A stretch of DNA of 64,000 nt from Hormiphora californensis (lineage: Eukaryota; Animalia; Ctenophora). This document shows positions 1-12,300 of the stretch, in pieces. The position numbers were made by a program, and so were the translations under genes. Position 1 is the first letter of the stretch, and every line of letters starts with the position of its first letter. Where the stretch lies: contig CM035358.1 of assembly GCA_020137815.1 (NCBI GenBank), positions 1,798,001 to 1,862,000 of the forward strand. The letters are read 5' to 3'. The notes beneath the pieces were generated by a model, which had not been told where the DNA came from, made no database searches, and saw only the letters and a program-made list of their open reading frames with translations.

Positions 1-987
1 TGCAGAGAAGGAGAGGGTTTAGTTGAATTATCGGGCATGCAACTGATAAGGGTAATGCATGCTGCTGCTGGCTGCATTTATATTGTACCGGGTTCTGTTA
101 TAGGTGTGGGATAGTACTAGAGGGAGAGACCATAGTGGAGAGATAGATAGAAAGAGAACGAGTGGGAAAGAGAAAGAGAGGGAGAGAGGAGACGTTATAG
201 ACATGGGAAAATCAACAGATGAGTCATATATTCGGCACGTAGTATGATCTATAGGTAGGTACCTATCGTACAAGGTGTGGTATCTTCACAAAACATGACA
301 CAACTAGATGACATTATGTCCGGTATTTCAATTCCGTCATCACTCAAGATCTGTAAAATTCATTGGCTCATTGCACTAGTACTGTAGTGTAATATCTCTC
401 TGCAACTGATTCGGATATATATGATATATCGTACACCCTTCCATCTATTCAATGAACATATTCAGTGAATAAATGAGGTGGATAGGAATTAAATTAACGC
501 CCTGTCGCCCTACCGCCGGCAATAATATGGGTCCTTGAATAACTTGGAATCTTGGAAGCAGAATAAAATTCAACAAGGATAATGCTAATTATAAGACGCT
601 ACCTGGGAAACTGCTTTCCGAAGGAGAGGAACTGTTCAAACTGTATTCGAGAACAGTGCAGGCAAGGGGAGGGTACCCCGGTACCAAAAGAAATGTGGGT
701 ACTGAATTTCAGGATAGAATTAATGCATTGATAAGACGAGCGCCGTCCATTATATTATATGTCCCTTTGAATTAAGCAAATCAGCCCCACCACCAGTTAT
801 CACCCGATACATGCGACAGAGGCAGCTGTGTTACACGTATAATGGTATCAGTTGCGTCTTATAGAACGGAATCGGCAAAGTGATCTAAGGGGGTTGGTTA
901 AAAAAAGTTGTTACAAAATGCGAGAATCCCAATATAGTAGTGCTGCAAAAGCGCTTCGACCAAAGTCTCTTGACGTTGCTTAGCTTG

Positions 988-990
<3 letters not shown>

Positions 991-1063
<73 letters not shown>

Positions 1064-1086
1064 CCCCATCTCTCTCTCTCTCTCTC
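991..1086. repeat. (CT)n microsatellite
   Basis: Direct reading of the CT run. Confidence 0.95.
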
Positions 1087-1302
1087 ACCAGCACCAGGAA
1101 CTTTCTCACACTCAACGTGCTAACATCAAACCCTTCAATGACACTCCGTACGCAATAGCGTACGGTCCTATTATATTCGTGCTAGGCTACAAAACTAACT
1201 CTGGGATTTCTTGAAAATTATATCATCGTGAAATCCCAGTATTTTTCCCAGTCACAGATATTCTTTTCAAAACTGAGTGATTTATCCGCACAATCTCTCC
1301 AG

Positions 1303-3787
1303 GTCAAGGAAGATATTGAGAAGTTCAAGATGGAATCTGTAGACCTTGAAAACGAGAGGAAGAACATCCTATCTGATTTAGAGGGACGTCTGACCTCCAC
1401 TAATGGTCTCAAGGATGCCTACGATTTGAAGAGGGAGGGAACTTCCAAGACACTGGATCAACTTCAATCAGGTAGGTTGACAAGGGGGTGACAAATAGGT
1501 TGTCAGGGGTGATCGCAGGGAATTAGAGAACTACAAAGTAAACTAAAATGAAATGCATTGTTAATTCAAGATCAAAATATATATATTCACTCTTAAAATG
1601 CTGCATTCAAAATATAATAAGGTGCAAAGAATTTACACCAAAGGGATAATATATCCCATTCCCCAGCCCCTGGTATAATTTCCAACCATTCCCAGGTATC
1701 GACAGTCTATTCAACAAGATCAACTGTGACAAATCTCCCATAGTGGAGATGCTGGGAGACTCTGGAGTCACTGATAACAACATGATGCAGGTATCTTAGA
1801 ACTCTATCTTTCTATCTTAGAACTCTATCTTTCTATCTTAGAACTACATCTTTCTATCTTAGAACTCTATCTTTCTATCTTAGAACTCTATCTTTCTATC
1901 TTAGAACTCTATCTTTCTATCTTAGAACTCTATCTTTCTATCTTAGAACTCTATCTTTCTATCTTAGAACTCTATCTTTCTATCTTAGAACTCTATCTTT
2001 CTATCTTAGAACTCTATCTTTCTATCTTTCTATCTTAGAACTCTATCTTTCTATCTTAGAACTCTATCTTTCTATCTTAGAACTCTATCTTTCTATCTTA
2101 GAACTTCATCTAAACATCTTTCTACTTCATTGTTTATTATTTCCACTGCAGCTTTATGTACATGATGTGTTTTCAACCTTTCAGCACTAGATTTAGTTTC
2201 CAGACTCTGAATATATGTTGAGCAGCAGGGTGTCAACAAGTTAAAATCTTCCCACCAACAAACTACGTCAAATCCTATCCCATAAATATGAGATAAACAA
2301 CCCCGCCCTCCCAGAACATGTACTTTAGTCTGTTTACTAACACTTCCTCTACCTTTCAGTACCTAGGAATCGTCGAGCAGAGGACTAACGAACTGCTACA
2401 GTTGCATGCCTTTGTCCAGGCGAAGGAGGCAGATTCAGCAGATACAGGAGCTGTTCCCCAGCCTCCCTCTCTCCTGGGACAGGGACCCCAACCCCCCGTC
2501 ACTACCATCAACATCGCCCCATCCCTCAACTGGGTAGGTGTCTAGGAAAGAGTACTGCTGCTGCAGTAGTCCAGACTTTTCTTAAAAACTTTAACATTAG
2601 TTGTGTTCAAGAAAGGTTTGGTCGACACAAGGGGTATTAAAAGGGATTCTACAATTTAGGGTTTGGATAGCTCCGAGAGTTACTATTCTAAAACTGTGAA
2701 ATATACACAGTTAGGGAGATAAATTCGGTAAAATTCGGTTAATTTGTCTGTGAATGTCTCATATCATTTTTTGAAAACAGTTCTGGAAAACCCAGACCCA
2801 GGAATATCTGAATATATCAAGTATCGATGACAAATAAAGTCGAATTTTTTAATCAAGGGACAGGGGGCCGCGCGTTCAGAGGGGTCGCGCGGCTTTGTAT
2901 TTGCGCGTGATAATCGAGATCAAGTTCCTGGCAATCTTAAAACTTGAACCCGGAAGCGTTGGAAAGATAATTTTAAGACCTTTTCAACGCAACCAAGATC
3001 GAGTCTTTATCTTATCAGGAACAGAAGATATGAGCGAAAACGTTTAGCACGCGCAAAAAGACTTTTGTAAATGCGCGGCCCCTGTCCCTTGATTAAAAAA
3101 TTCGACTATACCGATAAATAGGATTTACTTTGACACCTTTTGGACGCACAACAGTATTTAATTCACACCCTAATTTCGGATATGTATGAAATCTAGCCAA
3201 TCCTTTCCGGTGTTTTTTGGGCAATCGACCAGGGTGAATATTCCCTTATCTTCCCCGAAATCCCAAACTAACTCATAACTTCCCTCCCAGTGTCACTGGA
3301 TCTCAACACGCCACCAAAGCGCCAACGGACGACTACGAGAGCGAAGGAGAAAGTGCTGATGAGGACGAAATTCGACCACTTACACAAGCAGAGCTCAAGA
3401 AGAAGATCATCAAGGGGGTACGTGATTTTAGAAAAGTTAACTAATGGGGCACGGGTTTTTTAAGAAAGACTAAAGAAAGATTTATAACTTTTGTGAATTG
3501 TTCGGTAGATTGTCTAGTAGACGGTCGTCGGTCATGTATGAGCTTATAATCATCAGTAAAAATTGAAAAGGCAATAGGTCACAGAAAATTAGAATAAATA
3601 GCGACAAGTGGAAATACTATTAAAATTTTACTGATAGCACAAATTGGAAATGGAATGATCTAAGTTGTCAGGAAATTCAAGCAGATTTGAGTTGCGCTAC
3701 CGATTAAAAAGAGGAAATTGAGAATCGGGGGACTGGAAACTTCAAGAGTGAAAGAATATGTGAACTTAAATGATAACATGATAAATT

Positions 3788-3829
<42 letters not shown>

Positions 3830-6800
3830 AGAGAGGGAAAGAGAGAAAGAGAGAGATCAGAGAGGGAAAGAGAGAAAGAGAGAGACAGAGAGAGACAGAG
3901 AGAGAGAGAGATACTTACTTTTACTTTTGATACTTTTGAAATGTTCCTATCCTCAGAGGGCCATCCTTTCACGGACCGCCTTGTTTATCATTCCGGATCC
4001 ACAGCACCACTCGTTTAGTGAGTTTCTGTTCTGTGATGAATATCCGGGTGTAGGCGGTAGGTCTGGCACTTCACGAAGGAAGCTATCCAGATTCGCCTTA
4101 AATTCACCCTGGCCTGCAAGTTCTCGAAGGTTTTTAGGTAGTGAATTCCACAACCTAGGACCCACTGAGCCAAAAGATGAGCTGTATAGAGAAGAGTTTC
4201 TCTTGCTCTTGACCCTTGCAAGATCAGGTATCACCGCCTTCAGCCCATGCCTCGAGGTTCGGTGGAAGGTCACATTGACTTCGTTAGGTACTGCTTCATG
4301 GAGAATCTTATGCATGTGGATTATGATGTATCGCTCACGCCTCCGTTGAAGTGACATGAGACCCAGGATTTCCAAGCGTTCCCAGTAATCTCTATCCTTT
4401 AGACCTGCTATCTTAGCAGTGAACCTCCTCTGGACGGATTCCAGGAGTTGTATATCTCCCACCATCTGGGGGCACCATAACGGGGAGCAGTATTCCATCG
4501 TGCTCCTCACCATACTCTTATAGAGAGTGATCATTAGTTCCTGATCCCTGCTGCTAAACACGCTGAAGACCCACTGTGCCATACGCCTGCCTCTAGTAGC
4601 TAACTTGACATAGTGTGGCCTCCAGGAAAGATCTTCAGAGACCGTGATGCCCAAATCTCGGAGTTGGTCTGATGGTGTTAGAAGCCCGCCACTGGTATTG
4701 TATTGAACGCCAGTCATAGGTAGGTGATCCAAGAGTGTATTCCGATTATGGCGATGTACCATGAGCTCATATTTATTCTCGTTGAGCACCATGTTATTGT
4801 GTACCGCCCACTGTAGCACTCTGTAGAGGTCATTCTGTAGCTTTTCGCAGTCCTCCTTGGTTTCGATCTCCATTCCAACTCGAGAGTCATCTGCGAAGAA
4901 GCTCAGAAGAGCATCAATTACCTCGTCTTCCAAATCGTTCAGAAATATCAAAAAGAGTAGGGGCCCGAGAACTGTTCCCTGTGGTACCCCGCTGATTATC
5001 ACAGCAATTTCCGAATGGCATCCATCCAGCACAACTTTTTGCTTCCGACCCGTCAAGAACGACTCAAGCCAATCCACAATTTGTGGGTGAACCCCATACC
5101 TCCTAATTTTAAGCAGGAGGAGCCGTATGTCGACTTTGTCAAACGCACGTGAATAGTCGAGGTACACAGTATCTGTGTCATGTTCATTACACAGAGCCTT
5201 CAAAACCCAGTCGAAATGCCCCAACAACTGCGTAAGGGTTGATCTGCCGGCTCTGAAACCGTGTTGGCGTTTAGAAAGGAGTCCGTTACGCTCGAAATAG
5301 TTAATCAGGTGAACTCTCACCACCCGCTCAAATATTTTTATCACATGGCTGGTGAGAGTCACTGGTCGATAATTTTTTGAGCTCGACCTGTCCCCCTTTT
5401 TAAAGATGGGTACAACATGTCCCAACTTATAAAACTCCGGGACTTTCCTTATATCTAACGATTCCCTCCAAATGAGACCAATGGGTGCCGCGAGAACCTC
5501 AGCTGCTTCTTTCAGGATCTTAGCTGGAATCCCATCCGGACCAGGAGACGATGTTACTTCTAGTTCCTTGCATGCTTTAAGGATGTCCTCATCGCTTAGT
5601 GTGATACCCAAGTCCTCCAATTTGATGGTTGGAGTCTCAAAGGAGGGATCCCGGATATGTGGGTTATCGGGATCACTAAAGACCCCACAAAACTCCCTCT
5701 GGAAGATCTCGGCTATCTCATTGGGGTCAGTTGTGGGAGAGCCGCCATCTTCAGAGATCACCGGGATGCCGGAGCTTCCCTTCGCAAAAGATTTGGCGAA
5801 AGAGTAGAAATACCGGGGATCTGACTTTATCTTATCCACTGCACGTTTCTCTCGGTGATCTTTCCTCTTCAAGATTTGGTCCCTCATTTCCAGGCACACC
5901 CGGGAGAGCTCATTCGATGCCTCCTCTGCAGCGGCTACTTGGCCCTTCTCTAACAAAGCAGATATTCGGGGACGTAGTTTTCGCTTCCTTCTTCGGAGCT
6001 TGTTGAAACCATTTGGCCTTCCTCCAGGAATTTTAACCTTTGGGAAAACACTACAGCAAATCTCGAAGACCTTATCTGTGAAAACTGAGGGGAATGACTC
6101 AAAATCACTTTCTTGTCGGAGTAGAGGCCAATTCACCTCTTTGAGCTTCTCACGTAAGAGTTCAAAATTTCCCTCGTGATAGTCAAGAGACCTGAAAGAT
6201 TCAGGCATGATTCTCCTTCTCTGCTTGGGGCACACCGGATGAAACGTCAGACCGACTGATACCAAATTATGATCTGAGATCTCAGTTGGAACCACTCTTA
6301 CGTTTTCTACTAGTGCCTCACGGTTAGTCAAGAATAGATCAAGAATATTGTGACCTCTGGTTGGTTTATTCACAATTTGTTCCAGGAAATGTGACCCCAT
6401 AAAAGCTAACAACTCCTGGGCAGACCTGGTATTTTCGGCGGACCTACCACCAATTGTCAACTTGGTCCATTCAATTACCGGTAAATTAAAATCTCCCATT
6501 ATAATGAGATCACCGGTGGGCTCTTTCTCAATCTGCTCCTTCAGAAAGTTTAGAGCATTGGAGAAACTCTCAAAAGGGGCATCAGGGGGTCTATAGAGTA
6601 CTGCGACACTCATGGAGCAGGTTGACATACGGCTAAACACTACTTCACATGTACCGTCATCGAAGCTATCCGACCATTTCACCGGAATACCCTCGTCTAC
6701 AAACAGAATAGCCCCACCCCCTTGCCTAGATGCCCGATCTGCTCGCAATACCCGGTACCCAGGGATAGACACTTGAGCATCCAGATGAAACTCCTTTAAC

Positions 6801-9077
6801 CATGACTCTGTGATCCCGACAAAAGGTACATTTACACTCTTTTCTTTCAGGGCGAGTATTTCGTGGTATAGAACATCTTTTTTCCATCTGGTGATGCTCC
6901 TAGCCCCAGGATTAAAACCGGCAGCGTTTAATAACATGCAGGTTGACTGAACGGGTACGGAGCTGGCCACGGCTGCCACGGGACTTGGAGTTGCTGTCGT
7001 GCTGGTGGTGGTGCAGTTAGAGGCGGAGATTTCGGTCTCTTGATTTCCTCTTGGGGCAGCATCTTGTCGTCCAGTCGCCTCTCCATCGAGTCCATCCGTT
7101 CTATCAGCCTGGATATTAAGTTCTCGAACTTCTGAAAATCCGTGTTGCTAGAACGTTTGTCATTCCTCTTCTGACCGCTCTTCTGATGCGTCTGTTTTGC
7201 CGTGTTCACCTGCTTCTTTTCTGCTGTTTTAGCCTTGCCTCCAGACGCCTTTGCTTTCACAGCGGCTTTCCGTTCCTTGTTAAAGCCGAAGGGATGATAC
7301 AGTTTACATCTAATGTCAAAACAGCTAGCCTCCGTCTGGATAAAACGACAAATTTTGGGATGCCATAACTCACAGTCTGAGTTTTTACAACCATTCGTGG
7401 AGGTTCCAAATTTCAGGAACTGTCTACAGACAGGGGGATGCCTATCTTGACACATTTTGCCGTTAACCAACTTAGTTCCTCTGGTTCCGTGACTACATGA
7501 CCACTCAGAGAAAGCCTTACACACAGGCCGGGTGTCTCCTTCGCCAGTTTTCTCTGATTTCTCGCTAGTCTCGTCACGCCTCTCGTTGTCCTTCTCAGAA
7601 GTCTCATCTCTTCTCTCACCAGAATTCTCGTCTGAAGTCTTATCAAGTCTCTCATCGCCAGAAACATGACCGATCTCAGATTTTTGTGAACTACTAATTC
7701 CCTCTGTAATAGCAATAGCCTTGGTTAGCAAATCCTCTACACCAGTAGGTGCAGGTGCTCCGTGTATACTGGCTGACGGGGTGGCACAAGTTGAATTACA
7801 AATGGAGTTGTAGAGTGAAGATTTAGGAATAGGATTTACCGAGTTGAAGCACCCCGAGCAAAGCCACACCATATGCGATAAAGACCGAGCAAGATTCATA
7901 TCTAGAGACTCCCTTTGCTGTTCCAAGATCGCATTTACCTGGTCACAGTTATGGGCACCTCTACCGCACATATGACACTCAAGTAATGGAGTATTTGAGA
8001 TTTCAATACGGTACATGGCACTGCACTCTGCACAGTTACTGGGTTTAAGCTGATTAAGGCGCCAAACAATAGCCACTGACAAGACTTTGATGTTCGGGAA
8101 TACCTTCTTGTCTTCAGCATTTAAAATTCCGATAAAAGTAGCAAGAGATTCAAGAGAGAGACGAGAAACTTTGTTGCTCAAACACACAATGTTCGTTGAA
8201 TCCGCTTTCGCGGGGTCGTAACAATTTAGGGCATTTAAAACGACAGTGTTCCCCGAGGCGTGCTGAAGCAAAGACCCCAGCATAGTCGATCGGCAGTCAG
8301 GGAGAGTTTGATATCTTACTATTAGAGAGATTCACAAGCACATAAGGGAGCTCTGACCAAATGTGATGTGATAACTGAAGAGAGAGAGAGAGAGAGAGAG
8401 AGAGTGAGAGAGAGAGAGTGAGAGAGAGAGAGTGAGAGAGAAAATGAACATGTCCCCGGTACAGGACAATTTAAATTTCTCCAAGGCTACCTCTGCGAGT
8501 TGCAGATATAATAGTTAGTACTGGGGCCAGGGGGACACCCCCAAATATATGCAGCATCATCGGCAACATTCAGGGAGGGGGACCCTAGGCCCTAGGGGTT
8601 GTAAATTAATACAGCAAAATGCTAGAACTTTATTATTTTCCAGTTACAATGATCTATGCCGATGAATTATCTTGAGGGGATCTTGAGCTTCAAAATGTGC
8701 CTAAAACTAAACTTTGAGAGTGTTTTTGTCTAAAAAAGCATGCTACGAATAAGTAATACATAGCTCAAACATCAATCATGGTTAGATGAAGGGAGCGAGA
8801 TTGGGGGAGAAGATGAGAGTGTATTATGACCGTGGACGATACATGATTTATCTCTCTCCCTCTATCTTTCTTTCTTTTTCTCTATCTATCTCTGTGTATC
8901 TCTGTGTACCTACCTCTATTTCTCCCTCCCTTTCTCTCTTTCTCAATCCCATCATATTATGTAGCATTATTAGTCCGTCTCGACTTATAACCTCTCCAAC
9001 TCATCGACTCACCAGCTCCTCTTCAGATATCGAAAAGGGAGACCGGTGTGAAGAAAGGAAAGAAGGAGAAGGCTTAG
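1303..9077 (+). CDS. ODAD1: Outer dynein arm docking complex subunit (ODAD1/CCDC114/CCDC63, DC2 family), 3' exons only; multi-exon span
   Basis: GT-AG exons ~1303-1471, 1696-1790, 2360-2533, 3291-3417, 9027-9077 give VKEDIEKFK...LDQLQSGIDSLFNKINCDKSPIVEMLG..GVTDNNMMQYLGIVEQRTNELL...DDYESEGES..RPLTQAELKKKIIKG, typical of the CCDC114/CCDC63 C-terminus. 5' exons lie before the window. One phase conflict at ~2521. Confidence 0.8.
1792..2105. repeat. 21-bp minisatellite (TATCTTAGAACTCTATCTTTC), ~15 copies, starting at a splice donor
   Basis: Tandem unit read directly; begins at base 2 of the intron after CAG|GT at 1790. Confidence 0.95.
2837..3108. mobile_element. MITE with ~35-bp TIRs, probable TA target duplication
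   Basis: AGTCGAATTTTTTAATCAAGGGACAGGGGGCCGCGC ... GCGCGGCCCCTGTCCCTTGATTAAAAAATTCGACT, flanked by TA. Confidence 0.8.
3953..6937 (-). CDS. LINE ORF2: AP endonuclease + reverse transcriptase
   Basis: APE motifs GITESWL, YRPP, MGDFN, LDLFLTN, SDHNLV; RT motifs PGPDGIP, NYRPVTLTS, QHGFR, YLDYSRAFDKV, GVPQGTVLGPLLF, FADD. First ATG at 6937 (ORF track starts at a GTG at 6979). Confidence 0.95.
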   Translation of the reverse strand: MLLNAAGFNPGARSITRWKKDVLYHEILALKEKSVNVPFVGITESWLKEFHLDAQVSIPGYRVLRADRASRQGGGAILFVDEGIPVKWSDSFDDGTCEVVFSRMSTCSMSVAVLYRPPDAPFESFSNALNFLKEQIEKEPTGDLIIMGDFNLPVIEWTKLTIGGRSAENTRSAQELLAFMGSHFLEQIVNKPTRGHNILDLFLTNREALVENVRVVPTEISDHNLVSVGLTFHPVCPKQRRRIMPESFRSLDYHEGNFELLREKLKEVNWPLLRQESDFESFPSVFTDKVFEICCSVFPKVKIPGGRPNGFNKLRRRKRKLRPRISALLEKGQVAAAEEASNELSRVCLEMRDQILKRKDHREKRAVDKIKSDPRYFYSFAKSFAKGSSGIPVISEDGGSPTTDPNEIAEIFQREFCGVFSDPDNPHIRDPSFETPTIKLEDLGITLSDEDILKACKELEVTSSPGPDGIPAKILKEAAEVLAAPIGLIWRESLDIRKVPEFYKLGHVVPIFKKGDRSSSKNYRPVTLTSHVIKIFERVVRVHLINYFERNGLLSKRQHGFRAGRSTLTQLLGHFDWVLKALCNEHDTDTVYLDYSRAFDKVDIRLLLLKIRRYGVHPQIVDWLESFLTGRKQKVVLDGCHSEIAVIISGVPQGTVLGPLLFLIFLNDLEDEVIDALLSFFADDSRVGMEIETKEDCEKLQNDLYRVLQWAVHNNMVLNENKYELMVHRHNRNTLLDHLPMTGVQYNTSGGLLTPSDQLRDLGITVSEDLSWRPHYVKLATRGRRMAQWVFSVFSSRDQELMITLYKSMVRSTMEYCSPLWCPQMVGDIQLLESVQRRFTAKIAGLKDRDYWERLEILGLMSLQRRRERYIIIHMHKILHEAVPNEVNVTFHRTSRHGLKAVIPDLARVKSKRNSSLYSSSFGSVGPRLWNSLPKNLRELAGQGEFKANLDSFLREVPDLPPTPGYSSQNRNSLNEWCCGSGMINKAVRERMAL
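6928..8283 (-). CDS. LINE ORF1 with PHD-like finger, three CCCH-type zinc fingers and short coiled coil
   Basis: CAEC..CHMC.RGAHNC..WLCSGC; CKAF..SCSHG..CQDRHP; CRQFLKFG..CKNSDCELWHP; CRF..C.DIRCKLYHP; 451 aa uninterrupted. Confidence 0.85.
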   Translation of the reverse strand: MLGSLLQHASGNTVVLNALNCYDPAKADSTNIVCLSNKVSRLSLESLATFIGILNAEDKKVFPNIKVLSVAIVWRLNQLKPSNCAECSAMYRIEISNTPLLECHMCGRGAHNCDQVNAILEQQRESLDMNLARSLSHMVWLCSGCFNSVNPIPKSSLYNSICNSTCATPSASIHGAPAPTGVEDLLTKAIAITEGISSSQKSEIGHVSGDERLDKTSDENSGERRDETSEKDNERRDETSEKSEKTGEGDTRPVCKAFSEWSCSHGTRGTKLVNGKMCQDRHPPVCRQFLKFGTSTNGCKNSDCELWHPKICRFIQTEASCFDIRCKLYHPFGFNKERKAAVKAKASGGKAKTAEKKQVNTAKQTHQKSGQKRNDKRSSNTDFQKFENLISRLIERMDSMERRLDDKMLPQEEIKRPKSPPLTAPPPARQQLQVPWQPWPAPYPFSQPACY

Positions 9078-9390
9078 AAACTCCGACACGCCGCTCCAAA
9101 CAAGATAGAGATGGACTTGTTTGAAAAGTAGACTTTAAGAGATTTTTCTAACCTCGCAGGAGAGAGAGTGTGTACAGTATTGTAACAAAGCTTGTGTCAC
9201 GTGTCAATAATATGTAAATAACATGTGTGTTACATTGCGATCTCCCCCAAAAGGAACAGTTTTATTAACACCCGTTACATGTTTCCATCATTTTCATCCC
9301 CGTGATTCAGCTCTTTCCTTCCTCAAATACCCACTATGACTAAAACCAGATCAGATCTGTATCCTTAACTTTCCCTTCTTTTATAGCGCC

Positions 9391-12300
9391 ATGTCGAACG
9401 TGCTCAAGAACCAGACCCAGAGTAAAATGGGTCGGTCAACGTTCAGCAAGAGTCGCGCAGGAGGTAAGCAAAATATGGTAAAATCCTTTTTTTCAGATTC
9501 GAGAAATTTTTACTCATTTGACCAAGAAAAAGGGTTATATCTCTCTACTTGACACTTGTATTTGACACCGTACGTCCCCCCTGTTTCAGGTTTTGGAAAG
9601 AGCACGATTGGGGGAAAGAGTGTCATGTCATCTAGGACGAATGTATCCTCCAGAAAGAGCGCAGGACTAGAGAAACCAGTACTGAAGGGACCTGCCGAAA
9701 CGGTTAGTTGCAGTTTGTCGGCGAATTACTATTATCAATTATAGCCATAAAATGAGCAATTTACTCGGAAAATATTGGCGAAGAATATACATTATCACAC
9801 ACAACGTATTAGAAAGCTATTGCGGGTCGTGGGTTCAAACTCAAAGAATTAATGCAGGCCTAGTAAAAAATGAAACTCGATGAGATTTGGAATTGAAATT
9901 GCATTATTTGTGTCTCTATTTCATTTGGGACTGATACTAAAAATGTAACATATATATTATGGGTACCCAAAATCATTCCACGGTATGCAGGAGCAGCAGG
10001 TCTCCCTGTGTATATTAATTGTCATCGTGACGTCAATCATTCCTTACCCTATGACGTACAGTAGTCACTATGCTCCATACACTGCTAAGCAATCTGCAAT
10101 AGTAGCGTACTACGGCGACGGGGTGGACCGTAATAATTCCACGATTATCCACTTTGTAAGCTGTTTTCCTAAACATCCCTAAATAAACTCCGAAACACCT
10201 ATTACTCCCTTTACAAACTCCTAAACACCTTCACAATCCAGCCCCCCCCCCCCCACTTGCACTATTTAACACCTTCACAATCAAGCCCCCCCCCCCCAAT
10301 TTAACACCTTCACACACCAGGTGTTTGACGAGGATGGTAACGATGTCACCCCAGCACCCCTGATACACCCTGATGGTGCTGGTGGGGTTCCCAAGGGGCC
10401 CAGTAAGGGCAGCATCGCTGGGGATGAATCTCAGGTTGGTTGGCAGGCACTGACTGTAACATCTCGCACCCTGCAGTACCTACCTGTACCTATAATTTCA
10501 TGAGACAAACCAGCTATGACACAATTTGTGATAACTGATGATGTTTATTATAGTTAGTAGTGTTAGGACATGACTCTGCTTCATTCTACCAAGACAGACG
10601 TGGTGTGATATCAGCACTCCATGCAGTGCACTGATAGTAGATCTAGTTGTACTTAGTACTGATGTGTTCCAGGAGCCATTGTAGCAGTAAAAGTGTGAGA
10701 AGTATTTCATTGCGATCAAAGTGTATGGCTCCACTAGAGTGATCAGGCTCTTCAACCAATATGACTATCTAAAATTCTCAACCTCACATCATTTATCCCA
10801 GGGTGGAACGAGTATGTTCCAGCAGAGTGTGTTTATCGGAGGACAGAGTTTCGCAGCACCTTTCTCCCGGACTGGGATGAGCATGAGTATGGGTGGCAGT
10901 AGCTATCTGCAGGGTGAGGATGATCTGGGAGAGGATACTACTGGATATGGAGGTAGGTAGAGATAGCATTATATGGAGGTAGGTAGAGATAGGATAGGTT
11001 AGCTCACACCGCATTTGTAAGGGTTCGGCCGAGTTCGGTAGATCAAGTGCATACATTGTAATACAAAGTGCCACGGTTAAGATCAATCAAAGATCAAAGA
11101 TGTTAAGATACAAATTGTATCTATCCTCCTTTTTATCTACCTCACCCTTTCTATCTACCTACTGAACAGTGAACACAGCTGGAATCTTGAACAGACTCAT
11201 CTTAACAATCTCTAACCCTCTTTTCAGCTGGTATCTCCCACATTCAACGGGAGAGAACCGTCACCCAAGAAGTTCTCACTGAAGATCAATTGGAGGCCCC
11301 TGTTAATATAATTCTAAGTGAGACTGATACCATTTTCCTGCTTGATATAAAGGGCACCGCTGTACCATCGGATGCTGGCAATTATGAGTCCATAAAGGCC
11401 AGGAATGAACTGTATGAGGATCTGCTGAAGAATCGAGCTGGTAGGTTATAGACAGAGTACACCAGTTATACTGACCGCATAGTGAGATTGCTCATTGCAC
11501 TATTTGGAAAGATGATTTGTAGTGATCTGATCCGCGCTAGTTCTCAGATGATAATAGTCACCAATCTTGAATCTATTTGACCCAATGAAAACTACTTCGC
11601 AGGTAACGATAGTTTCATTCCGCGGGGCATGCAGACCTTCCACCAGCCGACCAAGCAGAAACAGGTTCAGACCCAGCCAGTAGAGGACCGTGATACTGGT
11701 ATCATGGCGACCACTTGGGATATGTATGACACATACAAGGCCCTGGAAGAATCATCCAAGGCAGAGGGAGATGAAGGTATCTTTTGTGTGCTTTTCTTAG
11801 TTTATAGGTCGAACCAGGCAGGGTGTTTTCTTTGCTCTTGTCTAACATTCCAGAGACAGTCGAGTCTTGTTCAGACTTTCTCGCGCGACTTCCAATTTGG
11901 GAACAGTAGTACAAAGAGAAGAGACAAAGACGGGAGTCACGTTTAGAATCGAAACTTTTCAACTTTTAGGCTGCTGTGAGCCTACCCGAGTATTGCACGA
12001 AAGGTTTTAAAATCAAGAAGCAGTATTACAGTCTCTGGAATCTTTTTGTTTCCACTCACTCCCACACCTACAATTATCTTCTCCTCTCCATTATATTTCC
12101 CGCCCAATCTTCCCAAGCCTTCACCTATCCAACTGACCCTCACTCAATATTCACCCAAAATCACTCCCTCACTCCCCTATCAGACCCTCACTCCCCTATC
12201 AGACAACGAGGAAGATGATATCCTGGGTGACGTGCCCAAGAAGCCTAAAGGCCCTGCTGTGGCCAGTGTGGCTGGGGGTGATGGACCCGCTGGAGCACCC

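Larger units (their letters stand above)
3912..8378 (-). mobile_element. Full-length CR1-group non-LTR retrotransposon, antisense in the last intron of the ODAD1-like gene and inside a (GA)n tract
   Basis: Two intact ORFs, ~95-nt 5' UTR starting TCAGTT, ~40-nt 3' UTR with CAAAAGTA/AAGTAAGTA tail; GA repeats on both sides (3789-3911, 8379-8440). Confidence 0.92.

Noticed and set aside
540-775. Stop-free stretch (SRIKFNKDNANYK...) in the first intron region
   Set aside because: No start codon or convincing splice sites; probably repeat-derived
885-1158. ER/LS-rich ORFs here and at 3718, 17516, 30128-31433, 49342, 50775
   Set aside because: Translations of (GA)n/(CT)n microsatellites, not genes
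9810-9845. B-box-like GGGTTCAAACTC
   Set aside because: No cloverleaf or A-box; too degenerate to call
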